Under the pieces are notes generated by a model. The model saw only the letters and a program-made list of their open reading frames with translations, was not told the origin of the DNA and searched no databases. A DNA stretch of 64,000 bases, taken from positions 1,706 to 65,705 of the forward strand of contig CAZCQH010000032.1 of NCBI GenBank assembly GCA_964500805.1, given 5' to 3'. Made by a program: the position numbers and the translations under genes. Positions 58,025 to 64,000 of the stretch are shown here, one piece after another (position 1 is the stretch's first letter; the number at the start of each line of letters is the position of its first letter). Origin of the DNA: an uncultured Hyphomicrobiaceae bacterium. Its GTDB lineage: Bacteria > Pseudomonadota > Alphaproteobacteria > Rhizobiales > Hyphomicrobiaceae.

Positions 58025-58816
58025 TCAAAGAGCGGTGTCCATTGGCCACTGATCCTGCGGCACAAAGCCGACGAGATCGCGAGCCGGGGTGAGGTCGTAG
58101 CGCTCGCGATCGCGCGGCCGGCTCGTGACGTAGACGGGGGCAAATGGCGGCAGGTTTTCGGCTGGCGTGTCGACGGCGCAGGCGAAGAAGCGTCCAGCAT
58201 CGCCGGGGCTCAGGAAAATGTCCTGCTCCTCGGGGCTCGCTCGCAGCTCATCAATTTGGGCCGCATCGCGCGGACACGAGCCGAGCCGCACGGCGATCAC
58301 CTTGATACCGTGATTGGTGGCGTAGACCTGCCCGAGCGCCTCCAGGAAAACCTTGGTGCAGGCGTAGAGATAGCGCGGCGCATAGGATGCATCGGCTCGC
58401 ACCGGGATGTTGCCGGCCTTTCGATGACCGAGGATCACTTGCCCGCTGCTGGCGAGGAGGACTTTCGCGACGCCTGCCTTGCGGGCAGCCTCCATCACGC
58501 GATACGGACCGACGAGGTTGTTCGGCACCAGCTCGTTCTCGAAGTTGTCGAAGTCGGCGGGTGGTGCGGGGCGCGGATACGCGGCATCGTCGGGCGTAGC
58601 ACCGAGATGCACGAGACAATTGACACCGGCCATGGCCGCGGCGAGCATCGAGGTGTCGAGCAGGGAGCCGACGAAATTGTGCGCAGCAGGCAAACCGGGG
58701 GTCGGCTTCAGGTCCAGCCCGACAACCGTGTGACCGCGCGCGGCAATGGCAGCCGCGGCGGCCTGCCCGATCCGACCTGCCGAACCCGTGACGAGAACGC
58801 GCTGCACCGCCGGCAT
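58025..58816 (-). CDS. NAD-dependent epimerase/dehydratase family protein
   Basis: VLVTGSAGRIGQ Rossmann motif and YxxxK (YACTKVF). Confidence 0.8.
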   Translation of the reverse strand: MPAVQRVLVTGSAGRIGQAAAAAIAARGHTVVGLDLKPTPGLPAAHNFVGSLLDTSMLAAAMAGVNCLVHLGATPDDAAYPRPAPPADFDNFENELVPNNLVGPYRVMEAARKAGVAKVLLASSGQVILGHRKAGNIPVRADASYAPRYLYACTKVFLEALGQVYATNHGIKVIAVRLGSCPRDAAQIDELRASPEEQDIFLSPGDAGRFFACAVDTPAENLPPFAPVYVTSRPRDRERYDLTPARDLVGFVPQDQWPMDTAL

Positions 58817-58883
58817 TGCATAACTCCGTGGCAACTAGGCCTGTTACCATCACTTCTACCTGACCTAACGAGGAACGCCAGCC

Positions 58884-60323
58884 ATGTCACTTGCAGTCGC
58901 CGCCGACCGCAATGCGCGGGATAAGGCACCCGATCTCGCTGTCGAACTCGCCCGCTTCGGCGCCAACATCGATGCAGCAAAGCTCGATCGCGCCGTGATC
59001 GACGCGGTCAAGACCAACATCCTCGACACGCTGTCCTGCGCGTTCGCGGGCTCATCGGCAAAGGCGATGGCGGAGGTCACGGGGCTGGTGCGCGAATGGG
59101 GCGGCGCTCCGCAGGCCGACATGCTGGTCTTCGGCGGCAAATTCCCGGCGCATCTCGTCGCCTGGGCCAATGTCGCCATGAGCCACGCTCGCGACTACGA
59201 CGATACGCACGATGCAGCCGTACTGCATGCCGGTGTTACTGCCGTACCCGCCGCGCTCGCCGCCGGCCAGTTGCGCGGCGGCATCTCCGGCGCGGATCTG
59301 ATCGCAGCCGTTGCCGCCGGCATCGAGGTGACATGCCGCCTCGGCCTTGCCACCAAGCTCGATCTGATCGAGAGCGGGTTCATCTACACATCGCTGCTCG
59401 GCTATTTCGGCGCAACAGTCGCCGCCGGCCGCGCACTCGGCCTCACCGAGGCCGAGATGGCCAATGCGCTCGGCATCGTCTACAGCTCCGCTGCCGGCAA
59501 TCATCAGGTGACGCTCGATGCCTCGCTGATGAAGCGCATCCAGCCGGGCTTCGCCGCCCAGCAGGCTGTGCTGGCGGTGCAGCTCTCGAAGCGCGGTATC
59601 AAGGGCCCGGTCGGCGTGTTCGAGGGCGCGGACGGCTTCTTCCGTGTCTATCTCCACGGCCAGGTGGATACGGAGATCGTGCGCCGCGATCTCGGCAAGA
59701 GCTTCGAGTTGCTGAACCTCAGCTACAAGCCCTATCCGTGCTGCCGCGAATTGCACACCTCCGCTGACGCGGCTCTGCAGGCCCGCGCCCGCGCGCAGCG
59801 GCCGGCAATCGACATCGCGGCGATCCGCATCGGAGTCACCACGCAAGGCTTCCAGATCGGCTGTACGCCGGCGCATGTCCGCCTCGCGCCAAAATCGATA
59901 GTCGAGGCACAGTTCAGCATTCCCTATGCCGTCGCGGCGGCCTACATCGATGGCGGCCTCGGCATCGCCAATTTCTCCGACGAGGGGATCAAGCGCCCCG
60001 ACGTTCTGGAGCTGACGCAGAAAGTGAAGCCTTACATCGATACCGACATGGACCGCGACTGGGGCCGCTTCATCACGCCAGCAAAGATCGCGATCGAATT
60101 CCGCGACGGCCAGACCGTGGAGGCGCGCGTCGACTATCCGAAGGGCCATCCGAAGAACCCGATGAGCGAAGCCGAGTTCAACGCCAAGACACGCGACTGC
60201 GCCACCTTTGCCGCCAGGCCGCTGCCGCCCGATACCGCGGCGCGCCTGATCGCGACCGTCGGCAAGCTCGAGACCATGCCCGACATTTCCGAATTGCTGC
60301 AGGTCATGACCGGCGCGCGCTGA
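58884..60323 (+). CDS. MmgE/PrpD family protein
   Basis: 479 aa. Typical PrpD-fold pattern (D..AC...G, HARDYDDTH, KPYPCC). Confidence 0.85.
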   Translation: MSLAVAADRNARDKAPDLAVELARFGANIDAAKLDRAVIDAVKTNILDTLSCAFAGSSAKAMAEVTGLVREWGGAPQADMLVFGGKFPAHLVAWANVAMSHARDYDDTHDAAVLHAGVTAVPAALAAGQLRGGISGADLIAAVAAGIEVTCRLGLATKLDLIESGFIYTSLLGYFGATVAAGRALGLTEAEMANALGIVYSSAAGNHQVTLDASLMKRIQPGFAAQQAVLAVQLSKRGIKGPVGVFEGADGFFRVYLHGQVDTEIVRRDLGKSFELLNLSYKPYPCCRELHTSADAALQARARAQRPAIDIAAIRIGVTTQGFQIGCTPAHVRLAPKSIVEAQFSIPYAVAAAYIDGGLGIANFSDEGIKRPDVLELTQKVKPYIDTDMDRDWGRFITPAKIAIEFRDGQTVEARVDYPKGHPKNPMSEAEFNAKTRDCATFAARPLPPDTAARLIATVGKLETMPDISELLQVMTGAR

Positions 60324-60410
60324 GCGGTGGTGACGAGGCGCGACTGGGGACGCGTTGGCGGACCAGATGTGCTATTGAATATCTACCGAGGAGCATCTGC
60401 GGAGGCGGAC

Positions 60411-61016
60411 ATGATCGCCCTGTTTTTCGAGGTCACGCCAAAGCCAGGACAGGAGAGCAAATATCTCGAGATCGCCGCCGCGCTCCGGCCCGACCTCGAG
60501 GCGTCCGGTGGTGTCGTCTTTCTCGATCGCTTCCGCTCGCTGTCGCGGCCGGGCACGATGCTGTCGCATCAGATCTGGCGCGATGAAGCTTCGCTCGCCC
60601 GATGGCGCGCTCACGGCCGCCATCACGGCGCGCAGACCGCTGGTCGCGATGCGGTGTTCGAAGATTACCGGCTGCGTGTCGGTCCGGTTGTTGCACACAT
60701 CGACCAGGGTCGCATCATCGAGACCGTGCCCGGCATCACCTACAACGATCCGGAGCATCAGGCCGAGCGCTGGGTCGTGGTCGTGCGCAGCAGCGGCGAA
60801 GTTTTCCCAAGCGACGAGGGAGAAGGCTGGCAAAGCGTGTATGCGGACACGAGATTCGCATGGGTGGCGAGCGTGCCGGAGAGCAAGGATGGGCTTGCAG
60901 TGCTGAGCTTGGCCGCCAAGGAGCCCTGCGTCAGTGCGGCGCAGCTTTGTCTCGTCTCCCGAGACTACGGGATGTTTGATCGGCGCGAGGCGCCGCAGTA
61001 TTTCCCGGAGAAGTAG
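60411..61016 (+). CDS. antibiotic biosynthesis monooxygenase (ABM) domain protein with C-terminal extension
   Basis: The N-terminal ~95 aa match the ABM ferredoxin-like pattern (MIALFFEV.PK......YL..A...R..L....G....RF........SH..W.DE.SL..WR....H). Confidence 0.6.
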   Translation: MIALFFEVTPKPGQESKYLEIAAALRPDLEASGGVVFLDRFRSLSRPGTMLSHQIWRDEASLARWRAHGRHHGAQTAGRDAVFEDYRLRVGPVVAHIDQGRIIETVPGITYNDPEHQAERWVVVVRSSGEVFPSDEGEGWQSVYADTRFAWVASVPESKDGLAVLSLAAKEPCVSAAQLCLVSRDYGMFDRREAPQYFPEK

Positions 61017-61149
61017 GGCGAAGGATCAGGTCCGAGGGACAAGGTAGGAGGGACGAGGGGAACCGAGTCCACCGCGTAACTTCCTCGTCCCTGGTCCCTC
61101 GCGCCTCGTCCCCAACTCGCTGATCTTCCGCATCACAGGACCCAGCGCC

Positions 61150-62742
61150 ATGCGCAACTTCCACTTCCCCGGCCGATCGCCCGTCGTCGGCCGCAAGGCG
61201 ATGATCTGCACCTCGCATCCGGCAGCTTCGCTCGCGGGCATTGAGATGTTGCGCAAGGGCGGCAACGCGATCGACGCGGCGATCTGCGCGACGGCCGTCA
61301 TGTGCGTGGCGGAGCCGGCCATGACCGGCATCGGCGGTGACTGCTTCACCATCATCCAGAAGCCCGGCAAAAAGCCGATTGCGCTCAATGCCTCGGGCCG
61401 CGCACCGCGCGCCGCGACAGCCGAGTGGTACGCCAAGAAGGGCATACGCCAAATCGAGATGCAGACCGCGCACGCCGTCACCGTGCCCGGTGCCATCGAC
61501 GGCTGGGCGACACTGCTCGCCGATCACGGCACCAAATCGTTCGCCGAGGTTCTGGCGCCAGCGATCGAGCTCGCCGAAAAAGGCTTCCCCGTCCAAGCCA
61601 AGGTCGCGCACGACTGGAAGACATTCGAGGACAAGGTCAAGGCCGGCAATGAGGGCGCCCGCGCCAATCTCCTGCTCGACGGCCGCGCGCCAAAATTTGG
61701 CGAGATCATGCACTTCAAGGCGCTCGCCAAGACGCTCAAGGTGATCGCGGAGAAGGGCCGCGAGGGCTTCTACACGGGCGCGGTTGCCAAGGACATGGTG
61801 TCGGAGCTGGTCGCGCTAGGTGGCCTCCATACCATGGACGACTTCGCCAACCAGATGAGAAGCTGCACCTATGTCGACACGATTTCGGTGAAATATCGCG
61901 GTGTCGATCTGCACGAGCTGCCGCCGAACCTGCACGGCATTGTCGCGCTGGTGCTGCTCAACATGCTCGATCGCCTCGGGCCCATCGGCAAGGCGGTTTC
62001 AGTCGAGCGCTATCACACGATGATGGAGGCCGTGCGTCTCGCCTACGCCATGCGCGACACGTTCGTCGCCGACCCGGTGCAGGCCAAGGTGCCGGTCGAT
62101 CACATGCTCTCCGGTGCCTTCGCCGACGAGCTGGTCCGCCGCATCGATCGCAAGAAGCGCAAGTCTGATCTTGGGCCCATCCCGCAACCCAAGGGCACCG
62201 ACACCATTTATATGACCGTCGCCGACGAGAAGGGGATGGTGGTTTCGTTCATCAACTCGATCTTCTCAGGGTTCGGCTCGGGGCTCGCGTCGAAGAAGAC
62301 GGGAATTACGTTCCACAACCGGGGCCAGGGCTTCGTGCTCGATCCGAAGCATTTGAACTGCATCGCGCCGGGCAAGCGCCCGATGCACACGCTGATCCCC
62401 GCGATGGCGCTGAAGGACAAGAAGCCGTGGGCGTCGTTCGGCGTCATGGGCGCCAACTTCCAGCCCATGGGCCACGTCTACATGATGACCAATATGCTCG
62501 ATTACGGCTGCGATCCGCAGGAAGCGCTCGATCAGCCGCGCGTGTTCTTCGAGGGGCAGCACTTGTGGTGCGAGGAGTCGGTGCCGTCAGATGTTTTGAA
62601 TGGCCTGAAGGCCATGGGCCATCCGATCAAGATGCGGCCCGATCCCTGGGGCGGCGGCCAGATCATCCGGTTCGACCACGACAACGGCGTGCTGATCGGC
62701 GCGTCTGATCCGCGCAAGGACGGGATGGCGATTGGGTATTGA
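61150..62742 (+). CDS. ggt: gamma-glutamyltransferase family protein
   Basis: 530 aa. Autoprocessing/nucleophile region GTDTIYMTV, and GGGQIIRFD...GASDPRKDG C-terminus. Confidence 0.9.
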   Translation: MRNFHFPGRSPVVGRKAMICTSHPAASLAGIEMLRKGGNAIDAAICATAVMCVAEPAMTGIGGDCFTIIQKPGKKPIALNASGRAPRAATAEWYAKKGIRQIEMQTAHAVTVPGAIDGWATLLADHGTKSFAEVLAPAIELAEKGFPVQAKVAHDWKTFEDKVKAGNEGARANLLLDGRAPKFGEIMHFKALAKTLKVIAEKGREGFYTGAVAKDMVSELVALGGLHTMDDFANQMRSCTYVDTISVKYRGVDLHELPPNLHGIVALVLLNMLDRLGPIGKAVSVERYHTMMEAVRLAYAMRDTFVADPVQAKVPVDHMLSGAFADELVRRIDRKKRKSDLGPIPQPKGTDTIYMTVADEKGMVVSFINSIFSGFGSGLASKKTGITFHNRGQGFVLDPKHLNCIAPGKRPMHTLIPAMALKDKKPWASFGVMGANFQPMGHVYMMTNMLDYGCDPQEALDQPRVFFEGQHLWCEESVPSDVLNGLKAMGHPIKMRPDPWGGGQIIRFDHDNGVLIGASDPRKDGMAIGY

Positions 62743-62744
62743 GG
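62649..62744 (+). repeat. 96-bp direct repeat, left copy (authentic ggt 3' end)
   Basis: 93/96 identical to 63262-63357 by hand alignment. Mismatches at 62670, 62682 and 62733. Confidence 0.9.
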
Positions 62745-62766
62745 TGGGAGAAAGGTGCCGTCAACT

Positions 62767-62982
62767 TCAGTGATCAATTGTCCGTCTCGAACAACTCCCT
62801 AGCCAGGCCGCTCTGGCGGATGATCGCTCGCAACGTTCCGCGTCGAACCTCCGTGTGATCTGGACCGGCACCGTCGTTGTCCCGGTGGCGTTGGCGCGTT
62901 GCATGATGATATGGCTGCCGCGACGCCGTACTTCCTTGAAACCGTGCTGTTCTAGGATCGCACAGACCTCGGTTCCGCTCAT
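62767..62982 (-). pseudogene. hicA: HicA-family mRNA interferase toxin with apparent 1-nt frameshift
   Basis: MSGTEVCAILEQHGFKEVRRRGSHIIMQRANATGTTTVPV is HicA-like. After about 62862-62866 the HicA-like C-terminus (PDHTEVRRGTLRAIIRQSGLARELFETDN*) continues in another frame, with its stop at 62774-62776. Confidence 0.75.
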
Positions 62983-62992
62983 GACGCGGAGG

Positions 62993-63214
62993 CTACCCAA
63001 CGGCGACCTCGATCTGTGTAACGTAGACTTCGCTGGATAGACGGCGTTCGATCTCTTCCGGCGAAGCGGTTTCCAGAAACAGCTCGATCGCCTCGGCGAG
63101 GTTGTTTCGGGCTTCGGACACCGTCGCGCCTTGGCTCGCGACATCCAGCTCAGGACAAAGGGCGACGAAACCGTCGTCCTCCGCTTCGATGATGGCAGTG
63201 AATCGTCTGGTCAT
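62993..63214 (-). CDS. hicB: HicB-family antitoxin
   Basis: 73 aa. RFTAIIEAEDDGFVALCPELDVASQGATVSEARNNLAEAIELFLE matches the HicB N-terminal fold pattern. Stop lies 10 nt before the hicA start. Confidence 0.8.
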   Translation of the reverse strand: MTRRFTAIIEAEDDGFVALCPELDVASQGATVSEARNNLAEAIELFLETASPEEIERRLSSEVYVTQIEVAVG

Positions 63215-63261
63215 CGTCGACCCTTCAGGCGCCTGTGTCAGTCAAGAATATCAAGTCGGCA

Positions 63262-63357
63262 GGGCGGCGGCCAGATCATCCGCTTCGACCACGAGAACGG
63301 CGTGCTGATCGGCGCGTCTGATCCGCGCAAGGACGGGATGGCGATCGGGTATTGAGG
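63262..63357 (+). pseudogene. orphan duplicate of the ggt 3' end (right copy of the 96-bp direct repeat)
   Basis: Encodes ...GGQIIRFDHENGVLIGASDPRKDGMAIGY* without the rest of ggt. The track ORF 63131-63355 is a fortuitous extension. Confidence 0.85.
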
Positions 63358-63368
63358 GCCTGAGCACA

Positions 63369-63410
63369 TCGGTCGGGGTCAGACCCATGGGTCTGACCCC
63401 TTGTGGGCAC
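63369..63410 (-). repeat. REP-like palindromic element (copy 6)
   Basis: TCGGTCGGGGTCAGACCCATGGGTCTGACCCCTTGTGGGCAC, with a perfect 12-bp stem. Abuts the stop codon of the Y1-transposase-like gene. Confidence 0.9.
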
Positions 63411-64000
63411 TTAACCCCATCCCAATCTGACATATCGCTCCGAGGTTGCCTCGTCGACGCCGGCTTTCATGAAGTCCCGATATCCGTCGACGTGTCGTTC
63501 GCCGAACATGTCGAGGATGAACTCCGTGTCCAGCCACTGTTGCCCCCTACCGGTCGGGGTCAGACCCATGGGTCTGACCTCTGTTGGGCACTGCTTAGGT
63601 TTTTCATCGATGACCGAATAGGCCGCAGCACTGGACCAGCGCCAATCCTCCGGCCGTGCTGCCATGCCAGCCTGTACCGGATTGAGATGGATGTATCGGA
63701 TCGTCTGCAGCAGCTGCACATCGGTCTCGATCTCGACTGACTTGAACCGGCCGCGAAACAGGGCGCCATCCTTTCGATGCCGGTGGCTGAAGTGATGCGT
63801 GTAGTCGCTGGCGACGCGTTGCATGCCTTTGGACAGCAGGCCGCTGCGGCTGTGCAACAGCAAGTGATAATGGTTGCTCATCAAGACGTAGCCGTGCACG
63901 TCGAGGCCATACAATCGTGCGGCCAAAACCAGTTTATCGAGAAAGAAACTGCGGTCAGTGTCGTCGACAAAAATATCTGAATGAGACGCGCCACGGTTCA
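63411..64000 (-). CDS. IS200/Y1 (HUH) transposase-like protein, REP-associated tyrosine transposase (RAYT)-like; 5' end outside the window
   Basis: HUH motif region YVLMSNHYHLLL and Tyr-helix RYIHLNPV..G. The frame stays open upstream to the window edge (..NRGASHSDIFVDDTDRSFFLDKLV..). REP copies lie inside and adjacent. Confidence 0.75.
   Translation of the reverse strand, partial: NRGASHSDIFVDDTDRSFFLDKLVLAARLYGLDVHGYVLMSNHYHLLLHSRSGLLSKGMQRVASDYTHHFSHRHRKDGALFRGRFKSVEIETDVQLLQTIRYIHLNPVQAGMAARPEDWRWSSAAAYSVIDEKPKQCPTEVRPMGLTPTGRGQQWLDTEFILDMFGERHVDGYRDFMKAGVDEATSERYVRLGWG
63551..63591 (-). repeat. REP-like palindromic element (copy 7), embedded in the RAYT-like ORF
   Basis: CGGTCGGGGTCAGACCCATGGGTCTGACCTCTGTTGGGCAC. 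Translated in-frame as ..CPTEVRPMGLTPTGRG.. in the minus-strand ORF. Confidence 0.9.

Noticed and set aside
63131-63355. 74-aa ORF ending ...GASDPRKDGMAIGY
   Set aside because: It is not an independent gene. Its C-terminus is the duplicated ggt 3' fragment, and its N-terminus is antisense to hicB.
1-64000. CRISPR arrays, rRNA genes, prophage, or classic defence islands (RM, BREX, CBASS, retron)
   Set aside because: No regularly spaced direct repeats, rRNA-like segments, or hallmark genes (cas, reverse transcriptase, methylase/nuclease pairs, cyclases) were recognised in any frame.

Overview
This 64-kb window is GC-rich (about 62-66%) chromosomal DNA. Gene content suggests an alphaproteobacterium, probably Nitrobacteraceae/Bradyrhizobium-like: alpha-type DnaG N-terminus, MbfA with an Irr ICE-like box, Bug/TTT transporter, aap amino-acid permease, many LLM oxidoreductases. 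That taxonomic call is inference. Most of the window is housekeeping or metabolic: dnaG, carA, dnaE, mobAB, ctaA, surE, ggt, one tRNA-Gly(UCC), an aapPJQM ABC transporter, a tctCCAB tricarboxylate transporter, four luciferase-like (LLM) oxidoreductases, and assorted redox and hydrolase genes. I found no CRISPR array, rRNA, integrase, prophage or recognisable multi-gene defence island. Six features stand out. (1) A 517-bp hicB-hicA toxin-antitoxin cassette sits at the 3' end of ggt, bracketed by 96-bp direct repeats of the ggt terminus, and hicA carries an apparent 1-nt frameshift. (2) A family of about 40-bp REP-like palindromes (core GGGGTCAGACCC-N3-GGGTCTGACCCC) has at least 6-7 copies. Two lie beside or inside a Y1 (HUH) REP-associated-transposase-like gene at the window's right edge, and one copy is read through in-frame by that gene. 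(3) The first ~1 kb of dnaE (PHP domain) plus its upstream spacer is about 45-50% GC with rare codons, in sharp contrast to the rest of the gene. (4) A 168-bp nested double inverted repeat lies between a GNAT gene and a GT17 glycosyltransferase gene. (5) A secreted caspase-like protein carries two PAN/Apple-like modules. (6) An apparently catalytically dead subtilase-like ORF is translationally coupled to mobAB. Many long ORFs in the track are antisense shadow ORFs typical of high-GC DNA and were not called.
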